Assembly (NCBI GenBank): GCA_963709745.1
Contig: CAVPXN010000005.1
Coordinates: forward strand, 4,673 to 68,672
Direction: 5' to 3'
From: an uncultured delta proteobacterium
GTDB taxonomy: Bacteria > Desulfobacterota > Desulfobulbia > Desulfobulbales > Desulfocapsaceae
DNA: 64,000 nt
Shown: piece after piece, positions 38,099 through 47,604 of the stretch
Layout: every line of letters begins with the position of its first letter
Numbering within the stretch: position 1 is the first letter of the stretch
Notes under the pieces: model-generated
What the model was told of the DNA's origin: nothing
Databases searched by the model: none
The model's input: the letters and a program-made list of their open reading frames with translations, nothing else
Program-made: the position numbers and the translations under genes

Positions 38099-39784
38099 AT
38101 GAAGACTTCACAACCAAAACTCAATATTCTCGTCGACTCTAGAGAGCCATCGGTATCGTTTGCGAGAAATTACTACAACGAATCTGGAATCCATTCTCTT
38201 GGGGTTGTGGAGCATATAAGAGTGCTCAAATTTGCTGAACGACTTGAGGATCTTTTATTGCAGTGCTCTGCGCAAGATGAAATTTTTGTTTCAGTGCATC
38301 ATCTTTCGGAAGAGCAGTTAGAGCGTGCGACAATGCTTTTGCAAGGCGGTAAATACGTCGAATGGAAAATTACTCTCGCTTCATACGATTGTTTTGCCCA
38401 TATGAGAGACTGGTGTTTGGCGAACGGATGCAGGTTTTTGGCAAATCCGTATAAGAGACGAACTTATCCCAAAGATATTATTCAACATAAAAGAGCAAAA
38501 AACGAACATCATCACATCGGTAGGATTTGGAGTCAATATCGATTGATGCTGGCGATTATTTCGCGGGCTTCCAGGTTGAGTGATGTTTGCCGTCAACTTA
38601 TTCAGGGTCGCGCTGCTGCAGGAGACTCTCTTGACAATGAGTATAATCGAGCCCTGCGGTATTTTGCGCTCGGCGAGCCGGATATGGCCGGTGGCAGCTA
38701 CTCTTGTGAGGACTCCGAGAAGTATAATCCGATTGATGAGTTGCGTTTTCGATTGAACAAAATTGCCGCTACGGACTTCAATATTCTCATTAAAGGTGAG
38801 TCGGGAAGCGGCAAAGAGACTATTGCCTGGTCCATTCATGAGCTGAGTTCGCGACGGGATAAACCTTTTATCGTCATCAACTGTGCCGGTTTGCCCGACG
38901 AGCTTCTAGAAAGTGAGATGTTTGGCTACCGGAAAGGTTCTCACAACCAAGCGTACGACGATGCTCCGGGTCTTTTAGATTCAGCCGATGGAGGAACGCT
39001 TTTTTTAGATGAATTGCCGGATATGAGCCCGAGAATTCAGGCAAAGCTCCTGAGATTTATTGAAAGCGGCGAATACCGGCCGTTAGGGAGTACTGAAAAT
39101 CGATATTCGAATATTCGAATTCTTGCCGCTGGTCAATCTACGCGGTTGGATCAGGCTGGCATGGTTCGACCGGACTTAAAAAGCCGAATCTGTCAACTTG
39201 ATGTAGAACTCCTTCCGCTGCGGGAAGTTGAAAAATGTGGACCGGGGACTTTATATAAGATCGCCTATATTTTATTGGAACGTTATACGTGGACGACGAT
39301 ATTTCATGAAAATCACCAACGCGAATTAACTCCACTCGAGATAAAGGAGTTCCAGGAAAAGCTTGTACTGCCGCAGAATCAAGAGCTGTTGCGCCGTCAA
39401 GAGTGGCAAGAATCGAATATCCGGGAGTTGAACAACTTTCTGCGTAAATGGATTGTTTTTGGCGACGATGAGTTCAAACTGCTGAGGCAACGAATGGCTC
39501 TTGGTGAAAAGTTGGGCCATGGGGTGAATTTTCCGGTGATCCAGGATGAGGTGTTGCAAGATTTGCTGGCAATCCCGACTAACCGCGAAGATCTAAAAGG
39601 TTTGTTTTGTAAAAAACCGTTGCAGAGCTTGAAGAGCGCATATATCAGACACATTTTTGCACTATACAGCAAAATTATTGAGCAGGAAAATCTGACATCC
39701 GATATGCCGCAAAAGGCCACCCAAAAGGAATTGGCAAAGCTTATGGGCGTTACTGAGAACACTATCAGCAGGCTTCTCAATTAA
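38099..39784 (+). CDS. sigma54-interaction (AAA+) regulator with degenerate GAFTGA loop
   Basis: GESGSGKE, INCAGL, ESEMFGYRK-GSHNQA, LFLDE, NIRELNN; C-terminal HTH QKELAKLMGVTENTISR. Confidence 0.88.
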   Translation: MKTSQPKLNILVDSREPSVSFARNYYNESGIHSLGVVEHIRVLKFAERLEDLLLQCSAQDEIFVSVHHLSEEQLERATMLLQGGKYVEWKITLASYDCFAHMRDWCLANGCRFLANPYKRRTYPKDIIQHKRAKNEHHHIGRIWSQYRLMLAIISRASRLSDVCRQLIQGRAAAGDSLDNEYNRALRYFALGEPDMAGGSYSCEDSEKYNPIDELRFRLNKIAATDFNILIKGESGSGKETIAWSIHELSSRRDKPFIVINCAGLPDELLESEMFGYRKGSHNQAYDDAPGLLDSADGGTLFLDELPDMSPRIQAKLLRFIESGEYRPLGSTENRYSNIRILAAGQSTRLDQAGMVRPDLKSRICQLDVELLPLREVEKCGPGTLYKIAYILLERYTWTTIFHENHQRELTPLEIKEFQEKLVLPQNQELLRRQEWQESNIRELNNFLRKWIVFGDDEFKLLRQRMALGEKLGHGVNFPVIQDEVLQDLLAIPTNREDLKGLFCKKPLQSLKSAYIRHIFALYSKIIEQENLTSDMPQKATQKELAKLMGVTENTISRLLN

Positions 39785-39802
39785 TGGTGTATCGAATGGC
39801 TC

Positions 39803-41578
39803 ATGATTAAGCTATCAAATACGGATTATGTGGTAATCGCAATATATCTGATCGTAATTGTCGTTCTATCGGTTCTCTTTCGGGCGCAACACTTTAAGCA
39901 GATGTTCGGTGAGGATAAGAAACCGAGCTGGATCCTTCTCGCGGCATCGCTCCTTATGATCGAGTGGAGCCCTATGACCGATATGATGAGCATGGGGCTC
40001 ATTCTGGAAGACGGATATTCTAGTATATGGCTCCTGAAAAGCCGATTCTGGCTTGCCGGTGTGCCTGCGATCCTCTATGCAACCATGTGGTCGAGGCTGC
40101 AGTTTCAGACTGACAATGAACTCATTCGGCTACGTTTCTCCGGTCGGTCCGGTATTTCCCTGCATATTTTTCGAGCCGTTTTTCTGTCACTATTCGTGAT
40201 TCCATTATTTGGCTCTTTCATTATTCTCGCTTTACGCAAGCTACTGGCAATACTCTCTCTAAATACGCAGGTAAACCCTGAAATCGTCCTCATCATCGGT
40301 GTTTTCCTCTTGGTTTTCAAGAACTCTTTTCATCAGAAAATTCGGACGGACTTCTTGAATGCAATCATTTGCTTATCAGCTCCGATTTGCATCTGTCTCT
40401 TTCTGGTTCAAGCAAATGGTGGTGTAGATCATATTTATTCGACTCTCAAGGCGACCGCTAATGACCAGATCAATCTGATACCGAGGCTGGGTGATACTGG
40501 AGGCAGGAGTTCCTTCGCCGATTTTTTTGTCTTCATTTTCATTCAATGGTGGTCGGTGTACATCGTTGATAACTCCGATCCTAACGCACAAAGACATCTT
40601 CAGGCCGAAAGCCAGTTTGCCGCATTCAAGGCCTTGTTCGTACCGATATTGATAACAAGCTTGATGTTTTTATTTGTCAGTACCATCTGGGACTGCGGAT
40701 TGCTTGAATACCGGCTGAACGATTATGGAGATATTGATAAGGAAGCTTTCTATCTGCAAGTGGCGCTGAAATATCTCCCGGACGGTTTTAAGGCAGTGGT
40801 ATTAATTGCGATTCTCTTTAGTTTTATTACCACTCTCGAGAGTATTATCAACTGGGGCGGTGGCCTGCTGACCATCGATGTGGTGAAGACGTACCTCCTC
40901 AAGACCGAGACGGACGCACAATACAGGCATTTATCGCTTGTTGCGATGCTTCTGGTCGCATCGGTGTCTCTCGTTTTTGCCTATGAGAGTGATAAGATCA
41001 TAAATTTACAAAAATTCATTTTCTCGATCAGTGCCGGTGTCGCCCCGGTATTTTTATTGCGCTGGTTTTGGTGGCGAATCAATGCGTGGACGCAGATTTC
41101 CGCAATGCTGAGTTCTCTCGTGTTCACATTACTCTACGATTATCTCTATCAAAACGGATCAATTTTAAGAATCTACGCAGATGCTATTTGCGCTGAAACT
41201 GCGCTTTCGCCGTATGCGCTTAAGATCATCGTATTGACAGCGTTGGTTGTCTGTACGTGGCTAACGGTAATGTATTGCACTCCGCCGGATGACGAAAAAC
41301 ATCTGCGGAAGTTCGTGCTGCAGACCGAAACCGGAGGGCATTGGCCGGAAAATTTTCCTCGGACGAAATATCGATTGGCCAAACGACTTGCGTTGTGTCT
41401 TATCTTTGCCATTACCTCTATTCTGCCGTTTTTCTTTATCTGGCAGTTTAAGTTTGGTGATTTCGGCGTGGGAGTGGGGTTGCTTTTAGTCTTTATCATT
41501 TCTGCAGTTTTTATATATAAATCTATGCAGTTGTTACTGGGAAATGGCGTCGAGCTGCAACAATCTCATCACCAATAG
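39803..41578 (+). CDS. Sodium:solute symporter (SSS)-family protein
   Basis: About 14 TM segments; NELIRLRFSG, QRHLQA, YLPDGFKAVV...FITTLESIINWG, LRWFWWRINAW. Confidence 0.85.
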   Translation: MIKLSNTDYVVIAIYLIVIVVLSVLFRAQHFKQMFGEDKKPSWILLAASLLMIEWSPMTDMMSMGLILEDGYSSIWLLKSRFWLAGVPAILYATMWSRLQFQTDNELIRLRFSGRSGISLHIFRAVFLSLFVIPLFGSFIILALRKLLAILSLNTQVNPEIVLIIGVFLLVFKNSFHQKIRTDFLNAIICLSAPICICLFLVQANGGVDHIYSTLKATANDQINLIPRLGDTGGRSSFADFFVFIFIQWWSVYIVDNSDPNAQRHLQAESQFAAFKALFVPILITSLMFLFVSTIWDCGLLEYRLNDYGDIDKEAFYLQVALKYLPDGFKAVVLIAILFSFITTLESIINWGGGLLTIDVVKTYLLKTETDAQYRHLSLVAMLLVASVSLVFAYESDKIINLQKFIFSISAGVAPVFLLRWFWWRINAWTQISAMLSSLVFTLLYDYLYQNGSILRIYADAICAETALSPYALKIIVLTALVVCTWLTVMYCTPPDDEKHLRKFVLQTETGGHWPENFPRTKYRLAKRLALCLIFAITSILPFFFIWQFKFGDFGVGVGLLLVFIISAVFIYKSMQLLLGNGVELQQSHHQ

Positions 41579-41638
41579 CCAACCACGAAGGCTGTGCATG
41601 TACTGCGCCTTTGTGGTTGGCTATGACTTTTTACTCTA

Positions 41639-44600
41639 TCATCTTCGAGGTTTGTTAAAACTCAGATTGCTCATCAATTCGTTGAAGAGAGAAATCAGCG
41701 ATGACAGGGATTCAAACCGTCGGGAAGTTACCTGAGGTTCGTCAATCGGTTTCTCCGTTGGCGCAGTCACCTGTGGTGGCTCGGTTGGCCCCTCAGGTTC
41801 CTGCACTTCTTCGACTGGAGCAGGCTCTTCGTTTACCGGAGCCTTATAATTTTCCGTCACAATATAGCTTATCCTCTTAGCTTCCTGGTTGTCGCCGAGA
41901 GCATTATTTGCCTGCATCTGGATATCGCAGCCATTCGCCGTGATATTGCTGATCAGGATATTGTCCTGTGTGGGAGTGCCGGCATGAGCAATATCGGCGA
42001 TGATCACCGGTTCAACGTATTGATTTTTAAATTGTATCGCAACCAAGCTGGTGCCAACGCTTAGTTCCCCAAGTTCAAAAGTAAATGGGGGCACTGATTG
42101 TAGATCGGTCGGATTAAAACCCGTGAAGATTTCAATGCCATCAGGAACGCCATCATTATCGGAGTCATTGTCCAGCAGGTTGGCTTTTCCATCGTTATCA
42201 CTATCAAGCTCCGGATTCATTCCTAGAGTGATCCAATGATCGTATTCATTGCCGTCGCTTATCGCATCCTGATCAGTATCCCAGAGTCCTGGGTGGGTGT
42301 GAATGGTACGTTCTTCTTCGTTGGTGAGGCCATCCTGGTCGCTATCTTCTTCCGGATTATAGGGAGTAACGGCAATGTAGCCGCCAATTTCAGCGGTATG
42401 GTTCATTTCGCTATCTAATGATTGTTCTTCCAGAATGGTCATTCCCGTATTGATGATTGAGAGATCCTTCATACCTACTATCGCCGTATCCGTGCCATTG
42501 GTGCTCTGCATATCGGCTAAAACGAAGGGGACGGTGGGGAATTGCTGTTTAAAAGAAATAGTCGATTGTTTTTCGGTGAGGATCTCTTCGGTTGATCCTA
42601 CCTCGATCATAAGGCCATCGACTACGCCGGACCATTTTTCCATAGCGATATAGCATACTGTTTCCGGGACATGGTATCCATCGTTATTTTCCTGCTCCTG
42701 CATGGTGATGGAAAGGCCCTGATGAGTTAATCCTTTCATCCTGAGGATTGCCGCATTGGTCTCGTTTGCGGTCACAATCGATGAGAGCACGATCGGTTGA
42801 CTGGCAAAAGAATTGATGAAGTTTATCGATTGGAAAGTATTAAGACCCGATAAATCGGTACATTCGGCATCGGCAAAAACCTGATCGGCTATCTGGTGGT
42901 GACCCCGTTCCATTACCATAAATGAGACTATTTCCTGTCGGTCGCCGCCGATAGCGTTGCCAAGTTCGCGTATCCGAATGTCACATCCCCGGCTGGTAAG
43001 GTTGCGGATGGAAACGGCACCTGCCGCAGGATTATTCATGGTGTTTGCTTTGGCAATTATCGAGGGCGATGTGTATGTATTGCTGAAGGCGACAGCTTTC
43101 CAGGTTGAGCTTGCCATGACCTCGCCTAGTTCAAAGGCGAGTTCGGGCTGCACTGTGTTTATAAGAATCGTAGCGGTACCAATGTTGGAAGTAAGCTCTC
43201 CATCGGTTACCAGAAAGGTAAATTGATCCGTCCCGGCAGCATCATCTTTTGGGGTATAGGTGAAGGAACCATTGTCGGCAACATCAAGAATGCCTTCTTG
43301 GGGAGCAGCCGCTACGTAAAATTGCAATATGTCTCCATCCTCATCCGTGGCAGCAAGTCTGCCCATGTATGGTGCATCTTTGTCGGCGGAAAAGATTATG
43401 TTTTCGGCCACTGGCGCTTGATTGACATGGTTTATGGTAATATTTACCGTAGCGATATTTGAAGTACTGTTGCCGTCATTGACTTTGAAGGAAAAAGAGT
43501 CAGAGCCGGAAAAGTCTTTATTCGGGGTGTACGTGAAATGTCCGTCTGCAGAAATATTGACAATACCATTGCCGGCTTGAGTGGCTCGAGAGTAGTTGAG
43601 GTTGCTGCTGTCGACATCTGTCGCGGTGAGCTGCCCGGAATAGGTAATGGCTTCATCTGTGGAAATGTTTGCCGCGTTTGCAACAGGGCTGTCGTTAACC
43701 GGCTTTATGGTAATACTCACCGTAGCTGTGTTTGAATTAATGCTGCCGTCATTGACTTTGAAGGAAAAAGAGTCGGAGCCGGAAAAGTCTTTATTCGGGG
43801 TGTACGTGAAATGTCCGTCTGCAGAAATATTGACAATACCATTGCCGGCTTGAGCGATTCGAGAGTAGTTGAGACTGCTGCTGTCGACATCTGTCGCGGT
43901 GAGCTGCCCGGAATAGGTAATGTCTTCATCTGTGGAAATGTTTGCCGCGTTTGCAACAGGGCTGTCGTTAACCGGCTTTATGGTAATACTCACCGTAGCT
44001 GTGTTTGAATTAATGCTGCCGTCATTGACCTTGAAGGAAAAAGAGTCAGAGCCGGAAAAGTCTTTATTCGGGGTGTACGTGAAATGTCCGTCTGCAGAAA
44101 TATTGACAATACCATTGCCGGCTTGAGTGGCTCGAGAGAAGTTGAGGTTGCTGCTGTCGACATCTGTCGCGGTGAGCTGCCCGGAATAGGTAATGTCTTC
44201 ATCTGTGGAAATGTTTGCCGCGTTTGCAACAGGGCTGTCGTTAACCGGCTTTATGGTAATACTCACCGTAGCTGTGTTTGAATTAATGCTGCCGTCATTG
44301 ACTTTGAAGGAAAAAGAGTCAGAGCCGGAAAAGTCTTTATTCGGGGTGTACGTGAAATGTCCGTCTGCAGAAATATTGACAGTACCATTGCCGGCTTGAG
44401 TGGCTCGAGAGTAGTTGAGGTTGCTGCTGTCGATATCTGTCGCGGTGAGCTGCCCGGAATAGGCAATGTCTTCATCTGTAGAAATGTTTGCCGCGTTTGC
44501 AAACGGGGAATCGTTAACCGAACTTAAATGGATGGTTACGTTTGCACTCTCTGAGGTTCCGCCACTATTGGTGGCGGTGTAGGAAAACATGTCGTCGCCC

Positions 44601-45124
44601 CAGTAGTTGGCAACAGGAGTATAAGAAAATGAACCAGTATTGTCTTGTATTGTTACCGTACCATGGGCTGGTTGGCCAACAATTGCGAACGTTAAAGAGT
44701 CACTTGAGGAGCCTTGGATGCTTAGTCGCCCGGATAGAGGTACATCTTCGCTGCTCTGCAATGAAATATCGTTGGCCGTCGGGGGCTGAATGGTTGCCGT
44801 GACAGGCACAGTGTAAACGACTTCACCGGAGTAGTCACTTTTTTCATTCCCTAAGAATGCAGTTGCTGCAAAATAATAGGTAGTGCCTTCTTCCAGCCCT
44901 GAAACGGTGGCGACCATGTTGCCGTTGACTGGCGTCGGTAGACCAACTTCAATTACATTTCGGTAATCGCGAGTGCTCGTACCGTAATGGATTCTGTAAC
45001 CGGAAACTGTTTCAGTGTTTGGTGTCCAGCTAAAAGTTGCATCAGCAGCATGGGCTGCAACAGTCGTTACGAAAAGTAGAGAAGTGGCAAAAATAACGGT
45101 GCGAGTCTTCTTGAATACTGTCAT
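41639..45124 (-). CDS. Large secreted adhesin-like protein (FnIII + cadherin/Ig-like repeats + lectin-like beta repeats + DxDxDG Ca-binding repeats)
   Basis: Signal peptide; SWTPNT...SGYRIHYG; repeated NDSPVANA...DED...GQL...D.D...FTYTPN.DFSGSDSF; DSDQDG/DSDNDG; Pro/Glu-rich tail. Confidence 0.9.
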   Translation of the reverse strand: MTVFKKTRTVIFATSLLFVTTVAAHAADATFSWTPNTETVSGYRIHYGTSTRDYRNVIEVGLPTPVNGNMVATVSGLEEGTTYYFAATAFLGNEKSDYSGEVVYTVPVTATIQPPTANDISLQSSEDVPLSGRLSIQGSSSDSLTFAIVGQPAHGTVTIQDNTGSFSYTPVANYWGDDMFSYTATNSGGTSESANVTIHLSSVNDSPFANAANISTDEDIAYSGQLTATDIDSSNLNYSRATQAGNGTVNISADGHFTYTPNKDFSGSDSFSFKVNDGSINSNTATVSITIKPVNDSPVANAANISTDEDITYSGQLTATDVDSSNLNFSRATQAGNGIVNISADGHFTYTPNKDFSGSDSFSFKVNDGSINSNTATVSITIKPVNDSPVANAANISTDEDITYSGQLTATDVDSSSLNYSRIAQAGNGIVNISADGHFTYTPNKDFSGSDSFSFKVNDGSINSNTATVSITIKPVNDSPVANAANISTDEAITYSGQLTATDVDSSNLNYSRATQAGNGIVNISADGHFTYTPNKDFSGSDSFSFKVNDGNSTSNIATVNITINHVNQAPVAENIIFSADKDAPYMGRLAATDEDGDILQFYVAAAPQEGILDVADNGSFTYTPKDDAAGTDQFTFLVTDGELTSNIGTATILINTVQPELAFELGEVMASSTWKAVAFSNTYTSPSIIAKANTMNNPAAGAVSIRNLTSRGCDIRIRELGNAIGGDRQEIVSFMVMERGHHQIADQVFADAECTDLSGLNTFQSINFINSFASQPIVLSSIVTANETNAAILRMKGLTHQGLSITMQEQENNDGYHVPETVCYIAMEKWSGVVDGLMIEVGSTEEILTEKQSTISFKQQFPTVPFVLADMQSTNGTDTAIVGMKDLSIINTGMTILEEQSLDSEMNHTAEIGGYIAVTPYNPEEDSDQDGLTNEEERTIHTHPGLWDTDQDAISDGNEYDHWITLGMNPELDSDNDGKANLLDNDSDNDGVPDGIEIFTGFNPTDLQSVPPFTFELGELSVGTSLVAIQFKNQYVEPVIIADIAHAGTPTQDNILISNITANGCDIQMQANNALGDNQEAKRISYIVTENYKAPVNEEPAPVEEVQEPEGPTEPPQVTAPTEKPIDEPQVTSRRFESLSSLISLFNELMSNLSFNKPRR
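43430..44520 (-). repeat. Four near-identical 273-bp (91-aa) tandem repeats inside the adhesin
   Basis: Shadow ORFs recur at exact 273-bp spacing (43444, 43717, 43990, 44263); near-identical DNA. Confidence 0.95.
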
Positions 45125-45133
45125 GGGTGACCT

Positions 45134-45233
45134 CTTTCGGTGACCCCGCTACCTTATTTCTCGTCGAAGAAACGTAGGCCGGTGGTTTTGCGTCACGCCC
45201 TTTCGGAAAGCGTTTTGCCGTTGTCGGGAAATT
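45134..45233 (-). ncRNA. c-di-GMP-I (GEMM-I) riboswitch in the adhesin 5' UTR
   Basis: GACAACGGCAAAACGC..GAAA..GCGTGACGCAAAACCACCGGCCTAC...AGGTAGCGGGGTCACCGAAA matches the Vc2-type consensus; G at the G20-equivalent position. Confidence 0.93.
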
Positions 45234-45284
45234 TCCCAGGAGGAAAATTCTTGTTAAAAATTGAACATAACGTATGTCCTCTCA

Positions 45285-45300
45285 AGCAATTTTAATGCCA
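45285..45300 (-). promoter_or_regulatory. sigma54 promoter upstream of the riboswitch and adhesin
   Basis: TGGCATTAAAATTGCT, near-consensus TGGCAC-N5-TTGCW. Confidence 0.8.
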
Positions 45301-45398
45301 TAATATTTTGATGATTTTTTCGATAAAGCTGGACGAAGCCATCCTCATTGCTTATTTATTTAGGGTACCCAAACAATAATTTAAAAGCGGAGCAGATT

Positions 45399-45482
45399 AT
45401 GGCGAAAAAGAGCAAAAAGAAATGTTGTGGTAAGGGCAAAAAGGATGAGGGTAAACGTTGCAGTAAGTGTCCTAAAGGATAA
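45399..45482 (+). CDS. 27-aa Lys/Cys-rich microprotein
   Basis: MAKKSKKKCCGKGKKDEGKRCSKCPKG*; SD GGAG upstream. Confidence 0.55.
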   Translation: MAKKSKKKCCGKGKKDEGKRCSKCPKG

Positions 45483-45483
45483 T

Positions 45484-45609
45484 TGTTGGACTCGTAAAAA
45501 GCCCGACCTTCTTCGTTGTAGTGTCTAATATGGCGATTTGCTGAACTACATGTACGACCAAAACGACGTATCAGACACTAAGCCCAGTATATCGAACTTT
45601 TTCCAGAGT
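45484..45609 (+). repeat. About 125-bp palindromic dispersed repeat (REP/MITE-like), copy 1
   Basis: Matches the reverse complement of 56210..56334: GGACT.GTAAAAAGCCCGA...GGCGATTTGCTG.ACTACATGTAC.ACCAAA...GTATATCGAACTTTTTCCAGAGT. Confidence 0.85.
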
Positions 45610-45666
45610 CTATGTGGAAGGCTGAGATTATTCTTGTCACAAGAAAACGTATTCGCAAGGTGATTT

Positions 45667-47298
45667 CTATTCCGTCGTGTCGACGTGGAACTTCCAGGCG
45701 GCTATCTCTTCGGCAGGCAGAGGTCTGCTGATAAAAAATCCCTGCTGCAGATCACAGCCCATTGCCTTTAAGGCATTGAACGTTTGGTGATTTTCTACAC
45801 CTTCAGCAACCACCTTTAAGCCCAGGTTATGACCCAGTTGAATGGTGGCATTGACGATGGTGGCGTCGCTGTCATTGGTCAGCATATCGGTGACAAATGA
45901 TTTATCGATCTTTATTTCGCTTACCGGCAGCTTTTTTAAATACGCCAGCGAAGAATAGCCGGTGCCGAAATCGTCGATGGAAAGGTTAACGCCTTTTTGA
46001 TGGATGCGGTCAAGTATCGCCAGCGAACGTTCTGGTTCGACCATAATTGAGGTTTCGGTAATTTCCATAAAAAATAACCGGGCTGGAAAATTATAAACGG
46101 CCAGTAAACTGGTCAGCATCGCTGAAAATTCAGGATTCAGCAGGCTGAGAGTGGAGACATTGACAGCGATGCCGATGTCTCTTTGTTGTTGATGCCAGGC
46201 TGCTCCCTGGCGGAGCGCACTTTTTAATACCCATAGGGTGAGTTCTTCAATTAAACCGGTACGTTCGGCCAATGGGATGAATTCACCGGGGGGCATGATG
46301 CCATGGCTCGGGTGATTCCACCTGACCAGTGCTTCCACCGCATGATTGTGCCCCGTCTTGCTGATGATTTTAGGTTGATAGTGCAGAATAAGCTCGTCGC
46401 TGTGAATGGCCTGGCGCAACTCCCCCATAAGCGTCAGCCGGTGCGGGCTGTGCTGATCAAAATTCTTGGCGTACAGCGCATAGCCCGTCTTGTTTTGCTT
46501 AGCGACATACATTGCCACATCCGCTCTCTGGATCAGCGTATCGGCGTCTTTCCCATGCTCGGGAAAGAGCGTGGCGCCGATGCTCGCCTGAACTTCAAAG
46601 GATAAATCTTCCAGGGCAAATGTTCCTCCCAGAGATTTCTTGATCTTTTTCGCGACTTTTTCAACGTCGGTACTTTCCTGCAGCCTTGGCAGTATAAAGC
46701 CAAACTCGTCTCCACCTATGCGGGCCAGCGTGTCGGATTCCCTGATAACCGCCGACAGGCGCAGGCCGACCTGTTTCAACAATCGGTCACCGTTATAATG
46801 GCCGAGCGTGTCATTGACATCCTTAAAACGGTCCATGTCCAGAATCAGCACGGCGAGCTGGGTGGAGTCTCTTTTCGCGGCGATGGTTGCCTGCTGCAGG
46901 CGGTCGATAAAAAGAGTCCGATTAGGCAGGCCGGTGAGAGAATCGTGGGTGGCCTCGTAAGCCGCTTTCTGCTCGAGCAGAGCGGAGTGTTTTCTGAGGT
47001 CCCTGGTCTGGTTGAATATCATCTCTCCGGCTTCTGTCGATACCAGCGAGCTGACATATTGACCCCAGATGGCAAAGACAAAAGGCATTACATCAAGAAT
47101 CCACAGGACCATGTTTGTCTTCTGGGCCTTAAAAACTGATTGGAAACTGATCTCACTGCTGGTCACATAAGCCGATAATAAGGTAGCGATGACAATTGCC
47201 GCAAAGGCGATAGAGACGCCGGTAATGGAATGCCGGGATGCCTTTTGTCGCAGCAGCGAGATGTTATTGCCAAGAGATTGCTGGAAACTATGATCCAT
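45667..47298 (-). CDS. Membrane-bound GGDEF-EAL protein
   Basis: 2 TM segments; DMDRFKDVNDTLGH..GD; RESD I-site; GGDEF; EAL; DDFGTGYSS; EGVE. Confidence 0.95.
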   Translation of the reverse strand: MDHSFQQSLGNNISLLRQKASRHSITGVSIAFAAIVIATLLSAYVTSSEISFQSVFKAQKTNMVLWILDVMPFVFAIWGQYVSSLVSTEAGEMIFNQTRDLRKHSALLEQKAAYEATHDSLTGLPNRTLFIDRLQQATIAAKRDSTQLAVLILDMDRFKDVNDTLGHYNGDRLLKQVGLRLSAVIRESDTLARIGGDEFGFILPRLQESTDVEKVAKKIKKSLGGTFALEDLSFEVQASIGATLFPEHGKDADTLIQRADVAMYVAKQNKTGYALYAKNFDQHSPHRLTLMGELRQAIHSDELILHYQPKIISKTGHNHAVEALVRWNHPSHGIMPPGEFIPLAERTGLIEELTLWVLKSALRQGAAWHQQQRDIGIAVNVSTLSLLNPEFSAMLTSLLAVYNFPARLFFMEITETSIMVEPERSLAILDRIHQKGVNLSIDDFGTGYSSLAYLKKLPVSEIKIDKSFVTDMLTNDSDATIVNATIQLGHNLGLKVVAEGVENHQTFNALKAMGCDLQQGFFISRPLPAEEIAAWKFHVDTTE

Positions 47299-47604
47299 GA
47301 TATCTCAGGTTAAGGTTGATCCTGCCGCATGACGTTTCATTACGACTTCGTTGGTTGTCTTGTCGACCGCCTGCTCAACAAAGTATAGAGTATTTTCCAG
47401 TCGTTTTACAAAAAATAATCTGCAGCTCGTTGCGGAGCAGCACTTGTGAGCCGGAGGAATGTGGCGCGTGAGGGCAAGAGTTGCAGGCACGACATAAACC
47501 TTGTGATTGGCAAGAGAATACGAAAATGGTACGGTGACAGAGTGAATAATGCAATACGGATACCCCCTGAAAGAAGCGCTCTTTTGAGCCCAAAGGACTC
47601 CCTT

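Noticed and set aside
43430-44520. Regularly spaced repeats as a possible CRISPR array
   Set aside because: The unit is 273 bp, in frame within a protein, with no unique spacers and no cas genes.
45134-45233. cGAMP-sensing GEMM-Ib riboswitch
   Set aside because: The discriminating position is G rather than A, and the adjacent GGDEF has the canonical Asp rather than the Hypr Ser.
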